Source: an uncultured Gemmatimonadales bacterium
GTDB taxonomy: Bacteria > Gemmatimonadota > Gemmatimonadetes > Longimicrobiales > Longimicrobiaceae
NCBI GenBank assembly: GCA_963716255.1
Contig: OY970303.1
Location: 6,560,001-6,624,000, forward strand
Direction: 5' to 3'
Length of the DNA: 64,000 bases
A program made the translations under genes and the position numbers. Of the stretch, positions 1 through 62,657 are shown piece by piece. The stretch's first letter is position 1; every line of letters starts with the position of its first letter. The notes under the pieces are model-generated. The model saw nothing but the letters and a program-made list of their open reading frames with translations, made no database searches and was not told the origin of the DNA.

Positions 1-30399
<30,399 letters not shown>

Positions 30400-30537
30400 C
30401 CAGGAAGCCGCAATGATCCGGGGCGCGGATGAGCGATTGGGTAGACCCGGCCGGCGAGCTAAACGGACGGCAGGTTCAAGCATCCTGTGCCGTTTATCTC
30501 CCGTCCTTGCGCAGGGTTCTGCGCCCCGTTCCCAGCG

Positions 30538-31024
30538 GGATCACGAAACGCGGAAGTGGGCAATCCTGCCAGGAGGTCTGTCCCTGGAACTCGTTTTCCA
30601 CGGATACGGAGGAGGCGGCGTTCCTCCCGCGCGACGGCGTCGACGGCGCGTCGCTGATCGAGCTGATGGGGCTGACGCAGGAGGAGTTCTCGCGGCGCTT
30701 CAAGGGCTCGGCGGTGAAGCGCACCAAGCGGCGCGGGCTGCTGCGCAACGTGGCGGTGGCGCTGGGGAACTGGGGATCGCCCGAGGCCGTGCCCGTGCTG
30801 GCGGAGGCGCTCGCCGCCGAGGAGCCGCTGGTGCGGGGGCATGCGGCGTGGGCGCTGGGGCGGATCGCGTCCAGGGAAGGCTGTCCCACCGAGACGGTCT
30901 TCGACATCGCCGCCTTGCTGACCTCCCGAATTCTTGTCGAGGAGGACGAGTGGGTGCGCGAGGAGCTGTCGCTCGCGCTCTCCAGCTGACGGCCGACTGC
31001 GAAGTACTTGGGTGCGTCGGGTGC
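30538..31024 (+). repeat. Direct repeat copy 1 (about 487 bp), paired with 54157-54643
   Basis: Runs from ggatcacgaaacgcggaagtgggcaatcct to gtacttgggtgcgtcgggtgc in both copies, offset 23619; about 6 mismatches seen by eye. Confidence 0.96.
30567..30989 (+). pseudogene. queG: 3' fragment of epoxyqueuosine reductase, copy 1
   Basis: CQEVCPWN, KGSAVKR, LLRNVAVALGN, PLVRGHAAWALG match the QueG C-terminus. The N-terminal cobalamin-binding region and the other Fe-S cysteines are absent. Confidence 0.82.
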
Positions 31025-31680
31025 GCTGCGGAGCGTGACGATGGCGCTCTTGTGGTTGGTCCGCTTCATCCCCGGGATGGGCTCGAGAACGATCATGACA
31101 TCGAGGACCCACCAGTCGAGCAGGATCCCCCGCTCGTTTTCGAACCACTCTACCCGACCGGGATCTGCGTGACTCCGGGGGCTTGCCTTGCCAGAAGTCG
31201 AGCAGATTCTGGAATCCCGGCCGGTCGAACGTCGTACCACTCCGCTCTCCTCCCCACCATCAGGTCTGATCGATCTCCCCCATCTGGCGTTCATCTCCGC
31301 CATCTGCTGATTGGGGGAGTGGACCTGCTTCGTCTCCTCGCGAGAACTCTTCCGGGTGGCACGGAGCGGAGCGGTAGGATGCCCCCGGCCCGCGGCCGTC
31401 CCCGACGCAGCCGCACCCGCATCTCGAACACCTTCGGGTTGACGAGTTGCGCGAGATGAGCGGGCCGACCTCGCCGTAGACTCCGAGCGGAATGGCTGAG
31501 TGGCCTGGATGCCTGCTCGACCTGTGACGCTCGCCCTCTACGGAGCCTACCTCACAGGAAGATCGACGACGAAGCGCTCATATAGGATCTGTGCTCGCGT
31601 ACGCCCGGCTGTTACCGGTCTGCCGAGTTGGTGGTGTCGTGGTCGTTCGACGCACCACGCAGCCCTCTTGAAATAGATCA

Positions 31681-31709
31681 TGGACTTACGATTTGGTACC
31701 GTTTAATAT
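31681..31709 (+). promoter_or_regulatory. Candidate sigma70-type promoter for the NRPS-PKS gene
   Basis: TGGACT-N17-TAATAT in a locally AT-rich patch about 225 bp upstream of ATG 31935; GGAG RBS at 31924-31927. Confidence 0.4.
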
Positions 31710-31934
31710 GTGACATTAGTGGGAGTCGATTCTCCGGCCCTGCGTACCTCCCGGGAGTAGCCGCAGCAATTTCGTCGGCCGGGTCGGGCGGCGCTGGAAT
31801 CTTCCCGGGTCGGGGACCGATGTTCCTGCAGCGTCTCACCTCTGATCCGCTTCATCTCGTCCGAACTCCCAACCCGAGGGTGCAGCACCCCTGCGCCCGT
31901 CCCTTGCCCAGCATGGAACCGGTGGAGCGAGCAT

Positions 31935-54045
<22,111 letters not shown>

Positions 54046-54156
54046 TTGGTACTTCGAATGGTGGAGGCTCCCGCAAGCATCGACGGACAGCAGGTTGGAA
54101 GCTATGTGCCGGTCATCTCCTTGCCCTGCGCGTGATACTGTGGCCCGTCTGTAGCC

Positions 54157-54643
54157 GGATCACGAAACGCGGAAGTGGGCAATCCTACCAGGAGGTCTGT
54201 CCCTGGAACTCGTTTTTCACGGATACGGAGGAGGCGGCGTTCCTCCCGCGCGACGGCGTCGACGGCGCGTCGCTGATCGAGCTGATGGGGCTGACGCAGG
54301 AGGAGTTCTCGCGGCGCTTCAAGGGCTCGGCGGTGAAGCGCACCAAGCGGCGCGGGCTGCTGCGCAACGTGGCGGTGGCGCTGGGGAACTGGGGATCGCC
54401 CGAGGTCGTGCCCGTGCTGGCGGAGGCGCTCGCCGCCGAGGAGCCGCTGGTGCGGGGGCATGCGATGTGGGCGCTGGGGCGGATCGCGTCCAGGGAAGGC
54501 TGTCCCACCGAGACGGTCTTCGACATCGCCGCCTTGCTGACCTCCCGAATTCTTGTCGAGGAGGACGAGTGGGTGCGCGAGGAGCTGTCGCTTGCGCTCT
54601 CCAGCTGACGGCCGACTGCGAAGTACTTGGGTGCGTCGGGTGC
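54157..54643 (+). repeat. Direct repeat copy 2 (about 487 bp)
   Basis: Matches 30538-31024. Confidence 0.96.
54186..54608 (+). pseudogene. queG: 3' fragment of epoxyqueuosine reductase, copy 2
   Basis: YQEVCPWN (first Cys changed to Tyr), LLRNVAVALGN, VRGHAMWALG; no N-terminal part. Confidence 0.8.
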
Positions 54644-55082
54644 TCTCAAGCGTCGGTGACAATCTCGTCGGCGGGGACGGACCCAAAGGGCACATTTTCT
54701 CTTGCCAATGCCCCTGGTGGCACATTATGTATGCAAAGCACCACGAGAAGCACTCGAGCAGACGACTTTCCATGCCGGCACAACACGACTACGGCATCAC
54801 GTGGACGATGCTGCAAATTTCCCGATTTACCGCTCCTAAAGCGCCGATATCTCATCCGTCGCCGGTCTCGATCAGAGCCGCTCGATCGGCCTTCAGCGGG
54901 AGAGGCTGAGTCGAGGCGGAGCCTACCTGCCACCACGGCCGATCCCGGCGATCAGGCAACACGGCTGCACGCTATCCTACCCGTTTCTGTTCGACGATTG
55001 TGGACTTGGCGTATCCTTCGACGCGCGGCGGGCCGACGACTTGGCGCGCCCCCGGTGAAATCCTCCACATGGGGTCCTCGAG

Positions 55083-58000
55083 ATGGGCAGCTCATCGAAT
55101 GCGTCACGATCTTCGACACTGGTAGACTTGCTCCAGCATCGAGCCAATCGCCCGTCCCACGAGAACGCCTTCACGTTCTTGGAGGACGGCACGGCGGAAA
55201 TGGGGAGCCTGACGTACCAGCAGCTGGACCTCCGGGCTCGAGCGATCGCTGCGGCATTGCAGACCACGACCACGGTCGGTGATCGTGCTCTGCTGCTGTA
55301 CCCACCCGGCCTGGACTTCATTTCCGCATTCTTCGGGTGCCTGTATGCGGGGGTCGTGGCTGTGCCCGCATATCCCCCGCGGCAGAATCAGAAGATCTCG
55401 CGCTTGCTGGGGATCATGGCGAGTGCCCAGCCGACCACGATCCTGGCGACCTCGTCGATCGTCGCCGAACTCGAGCGCGAGCCGGCTCAACGCCTGGCGT
55501 TCGGCGCCACCCGGTGGCTGGCGACCGACCGAGTCCTGGATGATCAGGCGTCGACCTGGCGCAAGCCGGCGGTGGGGTCCGACAGCCTCGCGTTTCTCCA
55601 GTACACGTCGGGTTCGACGTCGGCTCCCAAGGGCGTAATGGTGAGCCACCGGAACCTGCTGCACAACTCCGAGTGCATCCGGCACGTCTTCGCGCTCACG
55701 CGGGACAGCGTCTCGGTGACGTGGCTCCCCAGCTACCATGACATGGGGTTGATCGACGGGATCCTTCAGCCGGTCTACGGCGGTTTTCCAGGGTATCTGA
55801 TGTCCCCGTCCGCCTTTCTCCAGCAGCCGATCCGGTGGCTGCAGGCGATCTCCCGCTATCGCGCGACCCACTCCGGCGGGCCGAACTTCGCGTACGCGCT
55901 CTGCGTCAACAAGACGACGCCCGAGCAGCGCGAGAAGCTGGACTTGAGCTGCTGGGCCGCCGCCTACAACGGCGCGGAACCGATTCGCCACGACACCCTC
56001 CAGCGGTTCACCGACACGTTCGAGCCCTGCGGATTCCGCTCCCGCTTCTTCTATCCCTGCTACGGCCTGGCGGAAGCGACCCTGATGGTGTCGGGAGGAC
56101 TGGTGGGCGAAGAACTGGTCGAGTGCAGCGTGCTGAAGTCGGAGCTGGAGCAGCACAGGGTCGTGGACGCGCCTTCCTCCTCCGAGAAGACGAGCCGTCT
56201 GGTCGGATGCGGCCGGGTGCACCTCGGCACCCGAGTGGTCATCGCTGATCCGGAGTCGCTGCGACCGTGTTCCCCCGACCGGGTCGGCGAGATCTGGGTG
56301 GCGAGCCCCAGCGTGGCCGCGGGCTACTGGCGGCAGCCCGAAAAGACCGAGGAGACTTTCCAGGCTCACCTCGCGGACACCGGGGAGGGGCCGTTCCTCC
56401 GGACCGGGGACCTGGGCTTTCTTCGCGGCCGGGAGTTGTTCGTCACCGGCCGTCTCAAGGACATGTTCATCGTCAGGGGGCGCAACCACTATCCTCAGGA
56501 CATCGAGCGAACGGTGGAGCAGACGCATCCGGCGCTGCGATCCGGCTGCGGCGCCGCGTTCACGGTGGCAGGGGAGGACGCCGAGCGGCTGGTCGTCGTC
56601 CAGGAGGTCGAACGGGGCGGTCTGCCCGGGCTCGACGTCCATGAGGTTGCTCGGGCCGTGCGCCGCGAGATCGCAGCGCAGCACGAACTGCAAGTCCATG
56701 CGGTGGTGCTGCTCGCGACCGGGACGATCTCCAAGACCTCGAGCGGCAAGATCCAGAGGCATGCCTGCCGCGCCGCGTACCTCGACGGGACCCTCGTCGA
56801 GGTCGGCAGGAGCGCCCTGGAGCTGGAGGACGAGCCGGTGTTCGCTGAGGTGCCCGACCGCGAGGCGCTCCTGGCGCTTTCATCCACGGAGCTGCGGCGG
56901 TTCCTCGTCGACTACCTGCGCCAGGTGCTCGCCCAGCTCCTCCGGATCGCCCCGGCCGGTGTGGACGTGCACGTCCCGGTGCTCCATCTGGGAGTCGACT
57001 CGCTGGGCGCGACCGAGCTGACGCATCGACTGGAGACCGACCTGGGGGTCGTGGTGCCGACGGTGGATCTCCTCCGGGAGGCAAGCGTGCAGGATGTTGC
57101 CGGTCGCGTCGCGGCTTCACTGGAAGGGTCGACTCCCGGGGCCCGGGTGCCGCCGGGTGTTCCATCGGACGAGGAGCTGGAGCATCCCCTCTCGCCGGGG
57201 CAGCAGGCCCTGTGGTTCCTTCACCAGCTGGCGCCACAGAGCGCGGCGTACAACGTATCCTTCGCGGTACGGATCGTCTCGGAGGTGGACGTGCCCGCGC
57301 TGAGAGGGGCGTTTCAGCTCCTGAGCGACCGCCACCCGGCGCTGCGCGCCACTGTCGCCCTGGTCGACGGACGCCCTGTGCAGCGGGTCCACCGGCAGGT
57401 GGAGCTCGATTTCGGGGCGGTCGATGCCGCGTCGTGGACGTCGGGCGAGCTCGACGGGTACCTGACGGAGTCGAGCTCCCGCGCCTTCGACCTGCGGGAG
57501 GGACCCCTCATGCGAGTGCGTCTGTGCGCGCGCGCGCCGGGTGAGCACATCCTGCTGCTTGCGGCGCATCACGTCGTGGTCGATTTCTGGTCCCTGGTGC
57601 TGCTCATGGATGAGCTGCGGGTCGCGTATGCGTCGCTGAGGGCGCGGCAGCCGGTCCGGCTTCCACCGCTCCGTCGCCGGCCCGCGGACTTTGTGCGCTG
57701 GCAGGCCGACCTCCTGGCGAGTCCGGCGGGCGATCTGCAGCGGGCCTACTGGGAGAAGCAGCTGGCCGGCGTCGAATCCATCCTGAACCTGCCTCTCGAC
57801 CGGCCACGTCCCCCGGTACAGACGTTCCGTGGCGGGACACGGCGCTTCCCGTTGGGCACGGAGCTGACCGAGCAGCTGCGCGGGCTGGCGAGGTCACAGG
57901 GCGTGACGACGTACATGCTCCTGCTGGCCGCGTTCCAGGCTCAGATCCACAGATACACCGGGCAGGCGGACTTCTGCGTTGGGTCCTCGGTGGACGGCAG

Positions 58001-60479
58001 GAGCCGCGCCGAGTTCTCCGGCACGGTGGGGTACTTCGTGAACCAGCTGGTCATGCGGGCCGACCTGTCGGGCAGTCCCACTTTCAGGGGCTTTCTCGAC
58101 CGGGGCAAGCGGACCGTCCTGGAGGCGCTCGCGAACGCGGATCTGCCGTTTCCCCTGCTGGTGGAGCACCTGAGGCCCGAACGGGACCCGAGCCGCTCAC
58201 CACTCTTCCAGGTGATGTTCGTGTTCCAGAAGCCACACCGCCTTCAGGCGCTTGCGTCGCTGGTGGCAGGCACCCCCGGGGCGTCGCTGGAGCTCGGAGA
58301 GCTCAAGCTGGAGTCCGCGCCGCTGGAGCAGCGGGCCGCCCAGTTCGACCTGACCCTTGCCGTGGTGGACGGGCGCGAAGGCCTGACGGCGTGCTGGGAA
58401 TACGACCGGGATCTCTTCGACGAGGCGACGGTCGGCCGAATGAACGGGCACTTCCGGACCCTGCTCGCCGCAGTCGTAGAGGACCCCGACCAACCCGTCT
58501 CCACGGTCGCGCTCCTGAGTCCGGACGAGCGTAGCCAGCTGCAGCTGGAGTGGAACCGGACCGGGGTGTCCTACCCGGACGACCGGTGCACGCACCAGCT
58601 TTTCGAAGCCCAGGCAGACAGGACGCCGGATACCCCCGCGGTGGTCCACGCGGACCGGATCCTCAGCTACCGCGAGCTGAATGCCCGCGCCAACCAGGTC
58701 GCCGACCACCTCCGCCAGACGGGAACGGGTCCCGGGGCGCTGGTCGGCATCTTCATGGAGCGCTCTGTTGAGATGGTGGTGGCGGTAATAGGGACGCTGA
58801 AGGCCGGAGCCGCCTACGTACCGCTGGACCCCTCCCAGCCGGCCCAGCGGCTGGCGCAGATGGTCGACGATGCCGGCGTCGCAGTCCTGTTCGCCCAGGA
58901 GCACCTGCTGCCGAAGCTCCCGCCATCCGGCGCACGAGTGATCTGTCTGGACCCGGAGAGGGCGCCGACCGCCGGTAGCGACCCGGCGAACCCGGCAGGG
59001 TGGGTGAGCCCCGACGACCTGGCGTACGTCATCTACACCTCAGGTTCCACGGGAAGACCGAAGGGGGTGATGATCACCCATGGCGCGATGGTCAACTACC
59101 TGAGATGGTGCGTCGGGGCCTACGATGTCGCCGGCGGCAGCGGTGCTCCGGTCAACTCCTCGATCAGCTTCGACGCGACGATCACCAGTCTCTTCTCTCC
59201 GTTGCTGGTGGGGGGGAAAGTGGTGCTTGTCCCGGAGCGGCAGGAGATGGCCGCGCTCGGCGACATGCTCGGTTCAGCGGAGGATTTCAGCCTCGTCAAG
59301 ATCACCCCCGCGCACCTAGAGCTCCTGAAGAGCCATCTCCCGCCGGATGGGTCCAGGCTGCACACGCGGGCGCTGGTCGTGGGTGGAGAGGCGCTGGCTC
59401 CTGCGGCGGTGGAGTTCTGGCGGACCCGCGCGCCCGGGACACGCATCATCAATGAATACGGCCCGACCGAGACCGTCGTGGGATGCTGCGTCCACGATGT
59501 CACGGCCGGATCCTTCCCTTCGGGCGTGGTCCCGATCGGCCGTCCGATCGCCAACACGACGATCTATCTGCTCGACGGTCGGCTGCAGCCGGTACCCGTA
59601 GCGGTGACGGGGGAGCTGTACGTCGGCGGTTTCGGCGTGGCGCGGGGCTACCTCGGCAGGCCCGACCTCACTGCCGAAAAATTCATCCCCGATCCGTTCG
59701 GCGCGACCGCCGGAGCACGTCTTTACAGGACGGGCGACCTGGCGCGGTATCAGCCGGACGGAACGATCGAGTTCCTGGGCCGCGCCGACGACCAGGTCAA
59801 GGTTCGTGGCTTCCGGGTGGAGCCCGGCGAGATCGAGGCGGCACTGCTCCGGCACCCCGACGTTCACGAGGCCGCGGTCGCCGTCCATCAGGACACGCTC
59901 GGCAACAAGCGCCTCGTGGCCTACGTCGTCCGGCGAGAGTCGCCCGATCCCGCGACCCCGGGTGAACTGAGGCACTTCCTGGAGAGCAGCCTGCCGACGT
60001 ACATGGTCCCGTCCGCCATCGTTCCGCTGCAGGAACTGCCGCTTACCCCCAACGGCAAGGTCGACAGGCGGTCACTGCCGGAGCCCGACGGCGCTCGTCC
60101 CGGGAGCGCCGGGGCATGCGTCCCGCCGAGCACCGAGACCCAGCGCTTCATCGCCTCGGTGTGGCGGGAGGTGCTGCACCTGGACGACGTGGGCATCCAC
60201 GACAACTTCTTCGACCTGGGGGGACACTCGCTGCTGACGGCCCAGGTTCACCAGAAGCTGCAGGATGGGTTGGACCGCCGCCTCTCGATCGTCGACCTCC
60301 TCCTGTTCCCCACGGTCGGCGCGCTGGCGAGGCACCTGGATCAGAGCGGAGCGGGGGTGCCCGGGTATCAGCCGATTCACGACCGGGCGGAGAGGCAGAG
60401 ACGGGCGATCGATGCGCAGAGGAAGTCTATGCAGAGGAGGAGAGGACCGGAGCCGCAGGAGCCTGGCGGGACCGGCTGA
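55083..60479 (+). CDS. Lipo-initiation NRPS: fatty acyl-AMP ligase (FAAL)-ACP-C-A(Asn)-T with a basic C-terminal tail
   Basis: FAAL motifs LQYTSGST, WLPSYHDMGLI, CYGLAEATL, GRNHYPQDIE, KTSSGKIQR; ACP LGVDSL; C HHVVVDFWS; code DATKVGEVGK; T GGHSLL. Confidence 0.94.
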   Translation: MGSSSNASRSSTLVDLLQHRANRPSHENAFTFLEDGTAEMGSLTYQQLDLRARAIAAALQTTTTVGDRALLLYPPGLDFISAFFGCLYAGVVAVPAYPPRQNQKISRLLGIMASAQPTTILATSSIVAELEREPAQRLAFGATRWLATDRVLDDQASTWRKPAVGSDSLAFLQYTSGSTSAPKGVMVSHRNLLHNSECIRHVFALTRDSVSVTWLPSYHDMGLIDGILQPVYGGFPGYLMSPSAFLQQPIRWLQAISRYRATHSGGPNFAYALCVNKTTPEQREKLDLSCWAAAYNGAEPIRHDTLQRFTDTFEPCGFRSRFFYPCYGLAEATLMVSGGLVGEELVECSVLKSELEQHRVVDAPSSSEKTSRLVGCGRVHLGTRVVIADPESLRPCSPDRVGEIWVASPSVAAGYWRQPEKTEETFQAHLADTGEGPFLRTGDLGFLRGRELFVTGRLKDMFIVRGRNHYPQDIERTVEQTHPALRSGCGAAFTVAGEDAERLVVVQEVERGGLPGLDVHEVARAVRREIAAQHELQVHAVVLLATGTISKTSSGKIQRHACRAAYLDGTLVEVGRSALELEDEPVFAEVPDREALLALSSTELRRFLVDYLRQVLAQLLRIAPAGVDVHVPVLHLGVDSLGATELTHRLETDLGVVVPTVDLLREASVQDVAGRVAASLEGSTPGARVPPGVPSDEELEHPLSPGQQALWFLHQLAPQSAAYNVSFAVRIVSEVDVPALRGAFQLLSDRHPALRATVALVDGRPVQRVHRQVELDFGAVDAASWTSGELDGYLTESSSRAFDLREGPLMRVRLCARAPGEHILLLAAHHVVVDFWSLVLLMDELRVAYASLRARQPVRLPPLRRRPADFVRWQADLLASPAGDLQRAYWEKQLAGVESILNLPLDRPRPPVQTFRGGTRRFPLGTELTEQLRGLARSQGVTTYMLLLAAFQAQIHRYTGQADFCVGSSVDGRSRAEFSGTVGYFVNQLVMRADLSGSPTFRGFLDRGKRTVLEALANADLPFPLLVEHLRPERDPSRSPLFQVMFVFQKPHRLQALASLVAGTPGASLELGELKLESAPLEQRAAQFDLTLAVVDGREGLTACWEYDRDLFDEATVGRMNGHFRTLLAAVVEDPDQPVSTVALLSPDERSQLQLEWNRTGVSYPDDRCTHQLFEAQADRTPDTPAVVHADRILSYRELNARANQVADHLRQTGTGPGALVGIFMERSVEMVVAVIGTLKAGAAYVPLDPSQPAQRLAQMVDDAGVAVLFAQEHLLPKLPPSGARVICLDPERAPTAGSDPANPAGWVSPDDLAYVIYTSGSTGRPKGVMITHGAMVNYLRWCVGAYDVAGGSGAPVNSSISFDATITSLFSPLLVGGKVVLVPERQEMAALGDMLGSAEDFSLVKITPAHLELLKSHLPPDGSRLHTRALVVGGEALAPAAVEFWRTRAPGTRIINEYGPTETVVGCCVHDVTAGSFPSGVVPIGRPIANTTIYLLDGRLQPVPVAVTGELYVGGFGVARGYLGRPDLTAEKFIPDPFGATAGARLYRTGDLARYQPDGTIEFLGRADDQVKVRGFRVEPGEIEAALLRHPDVHEAAVAVHQDTLGNKRLVAYVVRRESPDPATPGELRHFLESSLPTYMVPSAIVPLQELPLTPNGKVDRRSLPEPDGARPGSAGACVPPSTETQRFIASVWREVLHLDDVGIHDNFFDLGGHSLLTAQVHQKLQDGLDRRLSIVDLLLFPTVGALARHLDQSGAGVPGYQPIHDRAERQRRAIDAQRKSMQRRRGPEPQEPGGTG

Positions 60480-60500
60480 CGAGCGGCCGCGCCGATCTCC

Positions 60501-60541
60501 CGCGCCGCGACCGGACTCCCGTTCTCGCCGGTCGGGGCGTG
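60501..60541. terminator. Possible GC-rich hairpin between convergent genes
   Basis: CGACCGG (60508-60514) pairs with CCGGTCG (60528-60534), extendable with one mismatch; no U-tract. Confidence 0.3.
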
Positions 60542-60555
60542 CGGCACGTCCCGGA

Positions 60556-62640
60556 TCAGGCGACGGAAAGGCGCAGGTCGTGGAGCTGGCCGAAGTGCGT
60601 CCGGGTGTCGAGCTTCCGGCCCGTCTCGAAGTCGCGCCGGAGCCGAGGCCGTGCGTCGGCCCGCGACACGTTCGGCCAGCGAAGGGTCAGCTGGTTGCCT
60701 CCCTCCCTCACGACTTGAGCCTCGGCCGTGAACCGCACCGAACGCCAGTCGTGATCGACGGCGACGGCCGCGATCTCCACGCCGTTCAGCTCGACGGAAA
60801 CGATGTCGGGCTCGCGGGCCCCCGGAACCCGGCAGGTCAATGCGAGCGACACGGCCCGGGAGCGATCGCACACGAACGGGAAGGTGCTCTCGAAGTGGTA
60901 CGCCGCGACGAGGCCACGGTGGTACCACCGGTTCGCGTCCGTCAGCTCCAACCAGTGCGGGTGCAGCAGGTCGATGGCGGGGACGTGACCCAGGGAAAAG
61001 TCCGGATCGGGAGATGCGCTCCCCAGCGACGGGCACACGGCGAGCAGCGCGGTGAGCAGGCGGTGCTCGCTCACGAGGCCCAGCGTCCGGAAGTTGACCC
61101 CGTAGCCCAGGAGGTAGACCGCCGCCACCTCGTTTTGCACGAGCTCGTCGAAGGCGGCGAGCAGGGGCGGCGGAGAGCCGCGCCGGAACGCATCGTAGAC
61201 GCGGCGGATGCCGGTCTCCCCGATCGACGGGTCGTGCTCCAACGCGCGGCGGAGATGGTGGACGCAGGTCTCGAGCGCCTGCCCCCAGTGTGCGTTGTGG
61301 ATGCACGCCAGCAGGTGAGCCCAGCTCTCCTGTTCAGACGAGGGCGACGGAGCGGCTTCGACGAGGTCCGTGAGCTCGACCGTCCTGTCGTGGAGCATCG
61401 AGACCAGGGGGCGCGCCGTGGCCGCCATCGCCACCCGGATCCCCTCCGAGGTGAGGTGACAGTAGTCGAGAAACACCTCCCGGCCCGGCGGCGCGCCCGG
61501 GGAGCGATCCGCGAACACCCGCGGGAGGTCCACGACCGTGGCACCCACCTCCGCGCCCACCGTCCGGATCGTCTCCGCCACGTTCGGGAAGATGCCGGGA
61601 ACGGAGCGCGTCCCGTCCAGAAAGCCCACGGTGGACGCGCGGCTCCGGCGCAGCGTGGCGGACGCGTCACGAACGTTCCCCTGGTGCATCTGCGCGCGAG
61701 CGAGAAGGTCGAGGCTCGCCGACGAGGCGCCACCGTCGTGCGCGACCGCCCGACGGGCGAGCCGCTCCGCCTCGGCGGACAGGCCGGTCCGCAGGGCCTG
61801 CTCGGCTCCTCCGTAGGCGCTGATCCAGCCACGAGTGTCTTCGTCGGAAAGCAGGGGCAGGTCGAGCGTGCCCACCGGGCAGTTCGTCCAGTCCGCCAGG
61901 TTGAGCTCGGGAACTACGAGGATCAGCGGCGCCCGGGCGTCGGCCGCGGCCAGAGAGAGCTGCACCACCGTCCGGGCGGCTACGGCATCCAGCTCCGTGC
62001 GCTGGCGCGCGAGCAGCTCGGAGAATCCACCCTCCTCCGTGAGCAGCGGACCGGCGACCGCGCAGTGCTCCGCGGACAGGTTGGCGAGAGGGCTGCCCCA
62101 CCAGTTGTTTCCCGCGAACACGACGATGGCGTCCGGCTGGAGCAAGGGCGTCGAGGAGGCGACCACCGAGAGCCACCAGGGGTCACAGTTGCTCTGGGCG
62201 AGGTCCACGACTTCGACCGGAGCGCCCGGGGACGAGAGCAGCTCCTGGAGCACACCCGCGGGAGAATAGAAGGGGTCGTAGAAAAAGCCCCTGGCGACGG
62301 ATTCTCCCAGCAGCACGACTCGCTTGCGGGCACTCTTCCGCGGGATGCGGTCCACGTCGGCACAGAACCGCCACAGATCGACGTGGGCACGCGACCGCAC
62401 GAAGTCGCCCGAGCCGGGCTCCTGCTCCCAGATGCCCACCGACCGGGGGCCGCTTCCCAGGGAGGTCAACAGGCCCACGGAGTCCTCGGCCAGGGAGGCG
62501 AACGGCCCGAGCCTGTGGGCTCGCCGGTCGGTGTGCGGCTCGCCATGACACAGGAGCTGCAGGAGCGGCAGCGTGGTGCTGTCCGTGAGCGTCTCGGCGA
62601 GCCGTGCGGCAAGCTGTTTCCGGAATGCGCTGTCACTCAC
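60556..62640 (-). CDS. Hypothetical protein (about 694 aa) with SGNH/GDSL-hydrolase-like motifs and a probable helical (TPR-like) insert
   Basis: VVLLGESVARG, FAGNN, FLDYCHLT. GTG at 62640 has GGAG 8 nt upstream and lies just after the carbamoyltransferase stop. Confidence 0.7.
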   Translation of the reverse strand: MSDSAFRKQLAARLAETLTDSTTLPLLQLLCHGEPHTDRRAHRLGPFASLAEDSVGLLTSLGSGPRSVGIWEQEPGSGDFVRSRAHVDLWRFCADVDRIPRKSARKRVVLLGESVARGFFYDPFYSPAGVLQELLSSPGAPVEVVDLAQSNCDPWWLSVVASSTPLLQPDAIVVFAGNNWWGSPLANLSAEHCAVAGPLLTEEGGFSELLARQRTELDAVAARTVVQLSLAAADARAPLILVVPELNLADWTNCPVGTLDLPLLSDEDTRGWISAYGGAEQALRTGLSAEAERLARRAVAHDGGASSASLDLLARAQMHQGNVRDASATLRRSRASTVGFLDGTRSVPGIFPNVAETIRTVGAEVGATVVDLPRVFADRSPGAPPGREVFLDYCHLTSEGIRVAMAATARPLVSMLHDRTVELTDLVEAAPSPSSEQESWAHLLACIHNAHWGQALETCVHHLRRALEHDPSIGETGIRRVYDAFRRGSPPPLLAAFDELVQNEVAAVYLLGYGVNFRTLGLVSEHRLLTALLAVCPSLGSASPDPDFSLGHVPAIDLLHPHWLELTDANRWYHRGLVAAYHFESTFPFVCDRSRAVSLALTCRVPGAREPDIVSVELNGVEIAAVAVDHDWRSVRFTAEAQVVREGGNQLTLRWPNVSRADARPRLRRDFETGRKLDTRTHFGQLHDLRLSVA

Positions 62641-62657
62641 GTGTGGAACTCCGATGG

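Noticed and set aside
30429..30989. An intact 186-aa queG gene (and the 277-aa ORF 53775-54608)
   Set aside because: Only the C-terminal part matches QueG. The upstream residues differ between the two copies and are unrelated to QueG.
58588..60479. N-acyl-D-Asn prodrug motif of the colibactin/xenocoumacin type
   Set aside because: No E domain follows the Asn T domain and no cognate peptidase is visible in the window.
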